A stretch of DNA of 63,949 nt from Candidatus Dormiibacterota bacterium (GTDB taxonomy: Bacteria > Methylomirabilota > Methylomirabilia > Rokubacteriales > CSP1-6), in the NCBI GenBank assembly GCA_035569855.1, contig DATMMH010000223.1:1-63949 (forward strand), written 5' to 3'. Made by a program: the position numbers and the translations under genes. Shown piece after piece: positions 17,224 to 26,265 of the stretch. Every line of letters starts with the position of its first letter. Positions within the stretch are counted from its first letter, which is position 1. The notes under the pieces are model-generated. The model searched no databases, was not told where the DNA came from, and was given only the letters and a program-made list of their open reading frames with translations.

Positions 17224-19390
17224 CAGAGTGGGCGATAGCAGCAGAGTGGGCGCCAGACACCGACGCGGTTCCGGCGAAGCGTAGGATGAGCACCGCGATG
17301 TCGTCGGAGGGCTCGGCGCTGCCGGTGAACCCGGCCACGTCACCCCGGATGGTCTCCGCGACCTCGGCCGCGCTCGTGAGTGAGCCGAGTCGCCCGAGCA
17401 GCGCCTCGAGGCGCGCGCGCCCGTAGAGCTCGCCGCTCGGGCTCGCCGCCTCCGTGATGCCGTCGGTGATGAGGCACAGCGTATCGCCGGGCTCCAACCG
17501 CCGCCCGGCCGCCGTATAGGGGAACCCGTCCACCGCGCACAGCGGCGGGCCACCGCCTTCGTCCAGCCGGCTCAGGAGACGTGCGCCTCGTGGCAGCAGA
17601 TACGGCGGCTCGTGGCCCGCGATGCAGTACTCGAGATCGCCCGTCCGCGCGTCCAGGATGCCGGCCAGCACCGTCACGAACAGACCCTCGCCGTTGTCAC
17701 GGGAGATCTCCGCGTCGGCCTCGCGCATCATCGCGGCCACCTGACCGTGCCGGCGCAGCGCGGTGCTCTTGTAGAGCGCCTTGCTGATCGCCATGAAGAG
17801 GCTCCCGGGCAACCCCTTGCCGGACACGTCGCCGATCATGAAGAAGAGGTGGTCGGGGTCCAGGTAGAAGAAATCGTAGAGGTCGCCGCCCACCTCTCGG
17901 GCCGGCTCGAGCAGCGCGTAGAGATCGAAGCGGGTCTCGCCGGGGAAGGCCACCGCGGGGCGGGGCAGCGTGCCCATCTGGATGCGCCGCGCCGCTTCGA
18001 GCTCGCCGGCGAGCCGGGCCGCCGCCTCGCGCTGCTGCTCGATCTGCCGGCGCAGCGCGCGACGCTGGCTCTCCGCCTCGGTGAGGGTGAGCGCGAGCAT
18101 CACCGTGAACAGCACCGCGAGAGCGAGCGAGGGCGTGGCGGCGTCGAAGAGCACGCCCCGGCCGAGGTAGCCGAGCACGCCCAGCGCGACGAACGTGCCG
18201 ATCAGCAGCAGGAGCAGCGCCACCGACCGCCGCGCGCGAAGCCGCGGCACCGCCGCGAGCAGGAGGAGGCCGCCCAGCGATAACCCGACGATCTCGATCC
18301 AGTGCACGAGCGTGGGCCGGGACAGGAGCGACCCCTCGACCAGGCCTTCGAGGAGCTGGGCGTGGATCTCGACGCCCGACATCTGATCCGCTACTGGAGT
18401 CCCCTGAGCATCGGACAGGCCGAGCGCGTTCGCCCCGATCAGGACGAGGCGTCCCTGGAAACGCTCCGCCTCGACGAGCCCGGCGAGCACATCGGCGGCC
18501 GAGACGAACCGCGCGGGGTCGTGGTGGCTGTAGTGCAGCCACACCCGGCTATCCCGCTCGGTCGGCACCACCAGATCCCCGACGGCGGCCACCAGCATCC
18601 CGCGCGCCCCGACCCGCACGGTGACGGCCGGCACGCGCGCGGCCACGCGCAGCATCTCAAGCGCAAGGGTGGGCATCACGGTGCCGCCTACCACCGCGAG
18701 GAGCGGCACGCGCCGCACCACGCCACGCTCGGCGTCGACGCTGACCAGTCCGCGACCCATCGCGGCCCCGTCGATCTCCGGTACGCTGCCGACCCCGGTC
18801 GAGAACCTCGGCAGGAACGGGGCGGGGTCGGCACCGAAGGCCCGCACCGGGGCGGACCCGACGGCCCCCGGCGTGGCGTCACCACCGTCGGCGCCGGCCA
18901 CGCCCAGGACGACCGGCCGGCCGCGCAGGGCGCGGGCGAGTACCGCGTCATTGCTGGCCATCGCCGCGAGCTTTTGAGCCAGGTCCGCGTCGAGGCCCTC
19001 GACGAGCTCTCCGAGCCGACCAGGGGAGAGCCGATCGTACTCGGGCATCAGGATGTCGAGCCCGATCGCCGCCGGGTGTGCGTCGCTGATCCGGCTCACG
19101 AGCCGGGCCAGCCGGGTGCGCGGCCACGGCCACTGGCCGAGCCGCTTCAGGCTTTCGTCGTCGATGGCGACGATCACCACCGAATCCGAGCGGCGAACCC
19201 GCGGCGCGCGACTCTGGTAGGTGTCGAAGCAGGCCAGGCGGAGGACCTGGAGCCCGGGCGTCTCGGGCAGCCACACCAGGACCACCAGCACCGCGAGCAG
19301 CAGGAGACCCAGCGGGCGGCCTCGCCCGCCGCGGAGCAGGCGGGCCCATCGCCGCTCCATCCAGTGCGCCGCACCCGACGGCGCGCCCAC
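17210..19390 (-). CDS. CHASE2 sensor - transmembrane - PP2C/SpoIIE serine phosphatase
   Basis: The N-terminal CHASE2 domain shows VVIVAIDDESLKRLGQWPWPR, followed by 3 predicted TM helices. The C-terminal SpoIIE domain shows GGDLYDFF...MIGDVSGKGLPGSLFMA. The start may instead be ATG 19360 (MERRWARLL). Confidence 0.8.
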   Translation of the reverse strand: MGAPSGAAHWMERRWARLLRGGRGRPLGLLLLAVLVVLVWLPETPGLQVLRLACFDTYQSRAPRVRRSDSVVIVAIDDESLKRLGQWPWPRTRLARLVSRISDAHPAAIGLDILMPEYDRLSPGRLGELVEGLDADLAQKLAAMASNDAVLARALRGRPVVLGVAGADGGDATPGAVGSAPVRAFGADPAPFLPRFSTGVGSVPEIDGAAMGRGLVSVDAERGVVRRVPLLAVVGGTVMPTLALEMLRVAARVPAVTVRVGARGMLVAAVGDLVVPTERDSRVWLHYSHHDPARFVSAADVLAGLVEAERFQGRLVLIGANALGLSDAQGTPVADQMSGVEIHAQLLEGLVEGSLLSRPTLVHWIEIVGLSLGGLLLLAAVPRLRARRSVALLLLLIGTFVALGVLGYLGRGVLFDAATPSLALAVLFTVMLALTLTEAESQRRALRRQIEQQREAAARLAGELEAARRIQMGTLPRPAVAFPGETRFDLYALLEPAREVGGDLYDFFYLDPDHLFFMIGDVSGKGLPGSLFMAISKALYKSTALRRHGQVAAMMREADAEISRDNGEGLFVTVLAGILDARTGDLEYCIAGHEPPYLLPRGARLLSRLDEGGGPPLCAVDGFPYTAAGRRLEPGDTLCLITDGITEAASPSGELYGRARLEALLGRLGSLTSAAEVAETIRGDVAGFTGSAEPSDDIAVLILRFAGTASVSGAHSAAIAHSAIER

Positions 19391-19424
19391 CGGGCCATCC
19401 GGGCCTGCGCTCAGAGCCGTCGCC

Positions 19425-20402
19425 TCAGAGCGCGATCTCCATCCCGTCGTAGGCCGAGTGGACCTCGACCCGGTGATCGGTCCGCGTGATCTCTTCCAGC
19501 CGCCGGGTCTCGGCCAGCAGCTTCGCGATGCGCTCGTCGTCGAAGATCGGCTCGTGGTGATAGAGACAGAGCCGGCGCGCCCGCGCGAGCTGGCACATCT
19601 CCACCCCCACCACGTTGCTCGAATGCCCCCAGTCCTCCTTGACCGAGATGGCGTCGGCGAGCGAGTACTGCGCGTCGAAGATCACGAGATCGGCGTCGCG
19701 GAAGAACTCCACGAAGGCCTTCACCTCCTCCGGGTCGTCCTGCTTGTGCTCGGAGTCGGTGGAGTAGACGACCACCTTGCCGTGCCGCTCGATGCGGTAG
19801 CCGTAGGAGTCGCCGCCGTGGTGCTGGCGCTTGGCCCGGACCCGCAGCCCCGCGATATCGTAGTCGCGCTCGGGCTCGAGCCGGATGAACTCGATCCGGG
19901 CGTTCATCCGAGAGAAATCGACCGGGAACGACGGCGCCGCGTTCTGTCGGCGGAAGGCTTCCTCGAGGGTCGCGTGACAGCCGTAGATGCGCACGTGGTT
20001 GCCCGGCAGGTAGGCGGGCATGAAGAACGGGAATCCCATGATGTGGTCCCAGTGGAGATGCGACATGAAGACGTGGAAACGATGGCCGCCGGGCCCGCGC
20101 GTCGCCAGGACGCTGTTACCGAACAGCCGCGCGCCGCTGCCCAGGTCGCATAGCACGTAGTCCTCCGCGCCCGTCTCGATCTGCACGCACGAGGAGTTGC
20201 CCCCGAAGGTGTGGGAGACCGAGAAGTCGAGCTGCTGCTCGACGAAGGCGCGCGCCTTGCCCGGGGTGTCGAGCCCGCGCCCGGCGGCGGCGACCAGCGC
20301 GGCGACGAGCTTGCGCTTCACCTCGGCCGAGGTCATGGCCACCGGGATCGAGCCCCGCGTGCCCCAGAACCGGACGAGCACCGGTCCGCCCTCAGGCGGC
20401 AT
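19425..20402 (-). CDS. MBL-fold metallo-hydrolase
   Basis: HLHWDH (HxHxDH) motif and an N-terminal VRFWGTRGSIP are present. ATG 20402 lies 8 nt upstream of the STAS stop codon (11-nt overlap). Confidence 0.8.
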   Translation of the reverse strand: MPPEGGPVLVRFWGTRGSIPVAMTSAEVKRKLVAALVAAAGRGLDTPGKARAFVEQQLDFSVSHTFGGNSSCVQIETGAEDYVLCDLGSGARLFGNSVLATRGPGGHRFHVFMSHLHWDHIMGFPFFMPAYLPGNHVRIYGCHATLEEAFRRQNAAPSFPVDFSRMNARIEFIRLEPERDYDIAGLRVRAKRQHHGGDSYGYRIERHGKVVVYSTDSEHKQDDPEEVKAFVEFFRDADLVIFDAQYSLADAISVKEDWGHSSNVVGVEMCQLARARRLCLYHHEPIFDDERIAKLLAETRRLEEITRTDHRVEVHSAYDGMEIAL

Positions 20403-20766
20403 CGAAGGCGGCCAACGCGGCGGCCGAAAGCTTGGCCAGGGCCTCGCGCAAGGTCGGGAAGACCTCGAGCACCAGGTGGAAGCGGCTGATCTCGAAGATC
20501 TCGCGCACGACGGGCTGCAGCCCGGCCACCACCAGAGCACCGCCCTGCGCCTTCGCCTGCTTGGAGGCCAGCATGAGCACGCGAAGGCCGACGCTGCTGA
20601 TGTACTCGACGCCGGTCAGGTCGAGCACCATCCGGTCGCGGCCGGCCGCGCAGGTCGTGAGATGGGGAGCGAGCGCCGCCTTGAATCCGTCCGCCGTCGC
20701 GTGGTCGATGCGGCCCTGAGGGAACAGGGCCACCATGTCGGCGAAGCGCTTCGACATCAGCTCCAT
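20392..20766 (-). CDS. STAS-domain anti-sigma-factor antagonist (SpoIIAA/RsbV-like)
   Basis: LDLTGVEYISSVGLRVL carries the conserved phosphorylatable Ser context. About 124 aa. The start is uncertain (ATG 20766, 20757 or 20817). Confidence 0.75.
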   Translation of the reverse strand: MELMSKRFADMVALFPQGRIDHATADGFKAALAPHLTTCAAGRDRMVLDLTGVEYISSVGLRVLMLASKQAKAQGGALVVAGLQPVVREIFEISRFHLVLEVFPTLREALAKLSAAALAAFDAA

Positions 20767-20985
20767 ATCCCACTCCCACGCTCTGTTCAGGTCGACTCGG
20801 GGGCCCGATTCTATCATTGCGCCGCGCTCGTGGGGGCCGGGCTTGTGGCACACCTGAGATCTCGTGCCTGAGCGCGATATCCCATGGACTAGTCGGCTTG
20901 TGGTTCGGGCTGCCCCGGGGCCGGGCGCCGGTGGTACAGACCACGGTGGCCCGCGGGGGGCACACCGGCCGGCCCGCGGGCCCGG

Positions 20986-21014
20986 TTGACTCGGGCTGCG
21001 GGCCGGGCTAGCCT
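20986..21014 (+). promoter_or_regulatory. sigma70-type promoter candidate for the D-aminoacylase gene
   Basis: TTGACT (20986-20991), a 17-nt spacer, then TAGCCT (21009-21014). GGAGG at 21043-21047 precedes GTG 21056. Confidence 0.35.
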
Positions 21015-21055
21015 CGGTCGGTCAGCCGAGCCCCACTCCCCAGGAGGCCTCTCTC

Positions 21056-22756
21056 GTGTACGATCTCGTGATCGACAACGCTCGGCTCATCGACGGTCTC
21101 GGAACTTCTGCGCGCGACGGCAGTCTCGCGGTGACGGACGGGCGCATCGCGGCGATCAGCGGCGACCGCCGCGCCGGCGATCTCGGACCCGCGCGCGAGC
21201 GCGTGGACGCGGGCGGGCTCGTGCTGGCCCCGGGCATCGTGGACCTGCACACGCACTATGACGCGCAGCTCACCTGGGATCCCTACGCGACGCCATCGAC
21301 CGCGCTCGGCGTCACCACGGTGGTGATCGGCAACTGCGGTTTCACCATCGCCCCGTGCCGTCCCGCACATCGCGACCTCACCGTGCGCAATCTCACCCAC
21401 GTCGAGGGGATGTCGCTCGAGGCCATGCGCGCCGGGATCAACTGGGACTTCGAGAGCTATCCGGAATACCTGGGCTCGCTGGAGCGCCGCGGGCTCGTGC
21501 CCAACGTGGCGTCGTTCGTCGGCCACTCCTCGGTGCGCACCTACGTGCTCGGCGAGGAGGCCAGCTCGCGCAAGGCCACCGACGCCGAGATCGCGGAGAT
21601 GCGCCGGATCGTGGTCGAGGCGCTGCGGGCCGGGGCCATCGGCTTCGCCACGTCCACCCTCGAGCAGCACAACGGCGAGAATGGCATCCCGATGCCCTCG
21701 CGCCTGGCCGACGAGCGCGAGATGACCGCGCTGACCGGCGCGCTCGGCGAAGTGGGGCGCGGCGTCTTCATGCTCACCAAGGGCATGACCACCACGGTGC
21801 CGTGGCTCGAGTCCATCGCGGCGGCCAACCGCCGTCCGGTGATGATCGCGGCCATGTTCGTCGACCCGGGCGATCCGACTCGCGTCTTCCGCGAGCTGTC
21901 CGAGATCGAGGCGGCCCGCTCCCGCGGGCGGGAGCTGTGGGCGCAGGTCGGGTGTTTCCCGCTGGGCATGGAGTTCACCCTGCGGCATCCCTACCCGCTC
22001 GAGGCGTTCCTCGCGTGGCGCCCCGCCATCGTGGCGGAGGGCGAGACGCGCTATCGCGCGGTACTCGCGGACCCTTCTTTCCGGGCCGCGCTCAAGAAGG
22101 AGATCGGCCAGCCGGGCGTGCCGAACCGCTTCAGCGACAAGAACTGGGATCACCTGACCATCACGGCGGCGACGCGCCCCGAGCATCGGGCGCTCGAGGG
22201 CCAGACCATCGGGACGCTCGCGCGCGAGCGGGGCCAGGACCCGTGGGACTGCTTCCTCGACTTCGGCCTCGACGGTGAGCTCGACGCGATGTTCGACTGC
22301 CGGCTCTTCAATATCGACGAGGATGAGGTGCGACGGCTCCTGCGCCATCCCAACGCGGCGGTGGCCCTCTCCGACGCGGGCGCCCATCTCTCGTTTCTCT
22401 GCGACGCGGGCTTCGGGCTCCATCTCTTCGGGCACTGGGCGCGCGAACGCGGCGACCTCACGCTCGAGCAGGCGGTGCGCGCGGTGACCGCCGCGGTGGC
22501 CGACGCCTACCGCATCAAGGATCGCGGGCGGCTCCGGCCCGGTGCGTGGGCCGACCTAATGCTGTTCGATCCGGCCACGGTGGGGCGCGGCGGCAAGCGG
22601 CGCGTGAACGATCTGCCCACCGGGGCGAGCCGCCTCGACACCGGCGCGGTGGGACTCCTCGGGGTGTGGGTCAACGGGGTTCGGACCGTGGACGAGCGCG
22701 GCGTGGTCCGTGACTGCGGCCGCCCGGGCCGCCTCCTCCGCGATTTCAAGGACTGA
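21056..22756 (+). CDS. N-acyl-D-amino-acid deacylase family amidohydrolase
   Basis: 566 aa with an N-terminal DLVIDNARLIDG...APGIVDLHTHYD metal-binding HxH, and PGAWADLMLFDP near the C-terminus. Confidence 0.85.
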   Translation: MYDLVIDNARLIDGLGTSARDGSLAVTDGRIAAISGDRRAGDLGPARERVDAGGLVLAPGIVDLHTHYDAQLTWDPYATPSTALGVTTVVIGNCGFTIAPCRPAHRDLTVRNLTHVEGMSLEAMRAGINWDFESYPEYLGSLERRGLVPNVASFVGHSSVRTYVLGEEASSRKATDAEIAEMRRIVVEALRAGAIGFATSTLEQHNGENGIPMPSRLADEREMTALTGALGEVGRGVFMLTKGMTTTVPWLESIAAANRRPVMIAAMFVDPGDPTRVFRELSEIEAARSRGRELWAQVGCFPLGMEFTLRHPYPLEAFLAWRPAIVAEGETRYRAVLADPSFRAALKKEIGQPGVPNRFSDKNWDHLTITAATRPEHRALEGQTIGTLARERGQDPWDCFLDFGLDGELDAMFDCRLFNIDEDEVRRLLRHPNAAVALSDAGAHLSFLCDAGFGLHLFGHWARERGDLTLEQAVRAVTAAVADAYRIKDRGRLRPGAWADLMLFDPATVGRGGKRRVNDLPTGASRLDTGAVGLLGVWVNGVRTVDERGVVRDCGRPGRLLRDFKD

Positions 22757-23012
22757 GGGGACCGCTCCGGCCGTCTGAAGACTCGCTGAAGATTAGGGTT
22801 AGGCTACCTAATGCCGCCCTGCTAGCCTCTTGGTGTCGATCGACGCGAGCCAGCGCGGGGTGGCACCCATGGGTCGGCGCCGGTCATTCTCAGGCACATC
22901 CAGCGGGCCAAGCGATCGTCTGGTCCGGCATCGCGTTGGCCTGGCGGCCTCCCAGAACTGGCGGAGGCGGGCCGCCGCTCGTGAGCTGCTGCATTCCCGA
23001 GTCGGCCGAGAA

Positions 23013-23030
23013 GTGTCAGCTGACTGACAC
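23013..23030. promoter_or_regulatory. 18-nt inverted repeat GTGTCAG-ctga-CTGACAC
   Basis: Perfect 7-bp arms at 23013-23019 and 23024-23030, inside the 424-nt spacer and about 40 nt upstream of the predicted -35. Confidence 0.3.
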
Positions 23031-23070
23031 TCTGGGGTAGCCGCAAGGCCCCTCATACCCTACCGGGCCA

Positions 23071-23100
23071 GTTACAGATACGTAATCAACTACTTACAAT
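23071..23100 (+). promoter_or_regulatory. sigma70-type promoter candidate for the SPFH operon
   Basis: GTTACA (23071-23076), an 18-nt spacer, then TACAAT (23095-23100), in the most AT-rich stretch of the spacer. RBS AAGAGGAGGGG lies before ATG 23181. Confidence 0.4.
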
Positions 23101-23180
23101 CCTCCCTCTGTGGCAATCCGATTGCACATTCCTCCCGACTGGTCCGGCACGCCGCCGGCCAACAGTAAGAGGAGGGGCTC

Positions 23181-23681
23181 ATGGCAGTGACCGTCGCCAG
23201 CAGACTCGAGCGCCTGGTCCGCTTCGTCCCGGGGGTCGCCGGGTACCAGGACCGCGAGAACTCTCGGGCCACCGACAAGCAGGTCCGGATGCGGCTCGTC
23301 GCGGAGATGCGGCGCCTAATGCGTGGGCTGGAGGAGGACAAGGCCCGGCTCGCCGGATCGCAAGACCTGAGCGCCCTGCCCCGGCTCGAGCGGCTCTCGG
23401 GCCGGCTCGAGCGCCTGACCCGCACCGTCGAATTCGCGGGCCAGGGCTACGCCGGGCTCTTCGACCTCCACCGGGTCGACGAGGAGACTCTCGACCAGCT
23501 CTACGCCTTCGACCTGGGCCTGTTCGACGCGCTCAACGTGGTGCGGGCCAAGGCCGAGGCGCTCCGCGCGGCGCTCGGCGACGCGGAGGCGCTGGACGGT
23601 GCGGCGCGACACATGAAGGAAACCCTCGACGACTTCGAAGAGCTCTTCGACAAGCGTCGGCGCATCGTCGACGCGGACTAG
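23181..23681 (+). CDS. hypothetical all-helical protein, first gene of the SPFH operon
   Basis: 166 aa with a strong RBS (GAGGAGGGG 4 nt before the ATG). The sequence is heptad-like and Leu/Arg/Glu-rich ([19 protein letters not shown]...). I recognise no family. Confidence 0.7.
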   Translation: MAVTVASRLERLVRFVPGVAGYQDRENSRATDKQVRMRLVAEMRRLMRGLEEDKARLAGSQDLSALPRLERLSGRLERLTRTVEFAGQGYAGLFDLHRVDEETLDQLYAFDLGLFDALNVVRAKAEALRAALGDAEALDGAARHMKETLDDFEELFDKRRRIVDAD

Positions 23682-23695
23682 GACGGATCGACCCC

Positions 23696-24751
23696 ATGGC
23701 CATCCTGATGGAAGTCATCGAGTGGTTCGACCAGACCGGCACCGGCATCGTGCATCGCTATCCGGAGGGGGGCTCCGGCGACATCAAGATGGGCGCACAG
23801 CTCATCGTGCGCGAGAACCAGGCCGCGGTCTTCTTCCGCGACGGTCAGGGCCTCGACGTGCTCGGGCCCGGCCGGCACACCCTCTCGACCCAGAACCTGC
23901 CAATCCTCACTCGCCTGCTCTCGCTGCCGTGGGGCTTCACGAGCCCGTTCCGCGCCGAGGTGTACTTCGTCAATCTGAAGGTGTTCACCAACATGCGCTG
24001 GGGCACCAAGGACCCGGTGACCTTCAAGGACACCCAGCTCGGCCTCATCCGGCTTCGCGCGTTCGGCAGCTTCACCATGCGCGTGAGCCAGCCGCTGCTC
24101 TTCGTGAACAGCCTGGTGGGCACCCAGGGCTCCTACACCACGGACCAGATCGAGGACTACCTGCGCGACGTCATCGTCGCGCGACTGAACGACTTCCTCG
24201 GCGAGACGGTCCAGAGCCTGATCGATCTTCCCCAGAGGTACGACGAGATGGCGGCAGCGGTGAAGACCCGTCTCGTCGACGAGTTCCGGAAGTACGGCAC
24301 CGAGATCGTCGACTTCTACATCAACCGCATCACCCCGCCCGAAGAAGTGGAGCGGATGATCGACGAGCGCTCCGGCATGGGCGCGGTCGGCGATCTCGAT
24401 CGCTTCCTCAAGTTCAAGGCCGCGAAGGCCATGGGCGACGCCGCGCAGAGCGGCGGCGGAGTGGGCGGCGGCGCGGCGGCAGGCGTGGGAGTCGGCGTGG
24501 GCGCGGGCCTCGGCATGATGATGCCGGGCATGCTCGCCCGGACCATGGGCGGGGAGCCCGCGGCCGGCACCGCCGCGGCGGTCACGGTCACGTGTCCCGG
24601 CTGTCAGGCGACGGTCGCCGCGGACAATCGGTTCTGCCCTCGCTGCGGCCGACTGCTCGCGACCGCGGTCCGCTGTGCGCGCTGTCAGACCGAGCTGCCC
24701 GGCGGCGCCCGGTTCTGTCCCTCGTGCGGGCAGGCGGTGACCGGAAGCTAG
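23696..24751 (+). CDS. SPFH/band-7 protein of the YdjI (COG4260) type with C-terminal double zinc ribbon
   Basis: VIEWFDQTG...[17 protein letters not shown]...RAEVYFVN...WGTKDP...RLRAFGSF is typical of this family. It is followed by a Gly-rich linker and then CPGC-x10-CPRC and CARC-x10-CPSC. Confidence 0.85.
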   Translation: MAILMEVIEWFDQTGTGIVHRYPEGGSGDIKMGAQLIVRENQAAVFFRDGQGLDVLGPGRHTLSTQNLPILTRLLSLPWGFTSPFRAEVYFVNLKVFTNMRWGTKDPVTFKDTQLGLIRLRAFGSFTMRVSQPLLFVNSLVGTQGSYTTDQIEDYLRDVIVARLNDFLGETVQSLIDLPQRYDEMAAAVKTRLVDEFRKYGTEIVDFYINRITPPEEVERMIDERSGMGAVGDLDRFLKFKAAKAMGDAAQSGGGVGGGAAAGVGVGVGAGLGMMMPGMLARTMGGEPAAGTAAAVTVTCPGCQATVAADNRFCPRCGRLLATAVRCARCQTELPGGARFCPSCGQAVTGS

Positions 24752-24774
24752 CGCCGGTCGCCCCGGCCGCGGCC

Positions 24775-26265
24775 ATGAGCCAGGTCGTCGTCTCGACGGA
24801 GTGTCCCTCCTGTGGTGGGCCGCTCGACTTCTCCGAAGGCGCCAACGCCATCCGCTGCCCGAGCTGTCGCTCCACGCTCCTCGTGACCGGCCGCAAGCAG
24901 GTGCTGAGCTATTGGGTGGCACCGAAGGTCAAGGCGGAGGTGGCCGGCGCGGCCGCCCGCACCGGGCGGATCGAGGCCCGGGTGGCGCGGGCCGAACTCT
25001 ACTTCGTTCCCTTCTACCGGCTGACCGGCCACGACTTCCAGTGGCAGGACGCCCCGCCCCGGCCCGCTCCCGAGCCGGGCGTGTTCTCCCTCGGCGGCGC
25101 GGGTGGGTCCGATCCGGCCGAGCTCGATCTCCAGGTCGGCTCGATGCTGAGCTGGAGCGCCGACGTGCTCCTCGGCAAGCGGGCCGGCAACGTGGTGCGC
25201 GATCTGCTCGGAGAGAATCGGCCGTCCCCGCGTACGCTCGAGCAGGCGGTGCTGACCGTCCCACGCGCCGCCCCCGCGCCGAGCGCCGAGCGGTCGGTAC
25301 AGTTTCTCGACCGCTACGTGGAGAAGACGTTCCCGGCCGCCGACCTCCCGGGCCTCGGCGCCTTCTCCCTGGGCGTGCGCACCCAGGCGCTCCGGATCTC
25401 GCTGTTCCAGCGCGACGCGCTGGCCGCGCTCGGTAAGGTCGTCGCGGTACAGGTGAGCCAGGACGCGGCGATGACGCAGGGGCTCGCCGCGCCCGGTTTC
25501 GAGCACGTCGTCTATCGCCAGGTGCTCGGACGCATCCTCTCGGTGATCTACTTCCCGTTCTGGGTCGTCGAGCTCTCCCAAGGCGGTCAGGAGTGGCTCA
25601 CCATCGTGGCCGGCGTGGCCGAGAGCGTGATCCAGCCCCGCGCCCCGCTCGCCCTCTACGAGGCACTCGGCCGGACCGCGAGCGACGCCCCGCTCACGGT
25701 GGGCTTTCGCCCGCTCGTCTGCCCCAACTGCGGATGGGATCTACCGGTCGAGCCCGACGACGTGATCTTCTGCTGCACCTCGTGTCAGCGGACGTGGCAG
25801 ATTCACGGCACCGAGATGGCCGAGATCCCGCACGAGATCGCCACACCGAGCACGGCCGATCAGATCTCGGGCACCTCGGGCGCTCCGCTGTACCTGCCAT
25901 TCTGGCAGCTCGCCCCGTCGGCGGGCACCGGGTCCCACGTCTGGGAGCCCGCATTCCGCTACCGGCGTCTCAAGGTCCTGCACGATCTCGGACTTCGGCT
26001 GTCGACCAAGACACCGGCCTATACGCCGTGGGCCGGCGAGTGTCCGACGCTTCGTGGCTGCTTCTACGATGCCGAGGACGCGACGCGGCTGGCGCGCTTC
26101 ACCGCGGCGGGAGAGCGCCGGACCCCGGAGGCGGTGAAGGTGGCCGCAGCGGCCGAGCCGATCTTCGAGGCCCCGCGTCTGACGTGGATTCCCTTCAAGC
26201 GTGAGAGCCAGTCACTGGTCGATCCGTTTACCGGGCTCGCGCTCCAGGAGGCCCTGCTTGGCTAA
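24775..26265 (+). CDS. 496-aa hypothetical protein with two zinc ribbons
   Basis: ATG 24775 lies within the out-of-frame-extended ORF 23722..26265. Two ribbons are present: CPSCGGPL-x12-CPSC at the N-terminus and CPNCGWDL-x11-CCTSC at about residue 320. Recurrent motifs are YFVPFY, YFPFW and YLPFW. Confidence 0.75.
   Translation: MSQVVVSTECPSCGGPLDFSEGANAIRCPSCRSTLLVTGRKQVLSYWVAPKVKAEVAGAAARTGRIEARVARAELYFVPFYRLTGHDFQWQDAPPRPAPEPGVFSLGGAGGSDPAELDLQVGSMLSWSADVLLGKRAGNVVRDLLGENRPSPRTLEQAVLTVPRAAPAPSAERSVQFLDRYVEKTFPAADLPGLGAFSLGVRTQALRISLFQRDALAALGKVVAVQVSQDAAMTQGLAAPGFEHVVYRQVLGRILSVIYFPFWVVELSQGGQEWLTIVAGVAESVIQPRAPLALYEALGRTASDAPLTVGFRPLVCPNCGWDLPVEPDDVIFCCTSCQRTWQIHGTEMAEIPHEIATPSTADQISGTSGAPLYLPFWQLAPSAGTGSHVWEPAFRYRRLKVLHDLGLRLSTKTPAYTPWAGECPTLRGCFYDAEDATRLARFTAAGERRTPEAVKVAAAAEPIFEAPRLTWIPFKRESQSLVDPFTGLALQEALLG

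Noticed and set aside
22808-23056. Three overlapping 65-82 aa ORFs in the 424-nt spacer
   Set aside because: They are Arg/Ser/Pro-rich, have no RBS and mutually overlap on both strands. I treat the region as non-coding.
23722-24774. N-terminal 351 codons of the 847-aa ORF 23722..26265
   Set aside because: This part overlaps the SPFH gene out of frame and is Arg/Gly-rich. The real gene starts at ATG 24775, after the SPFH stop.
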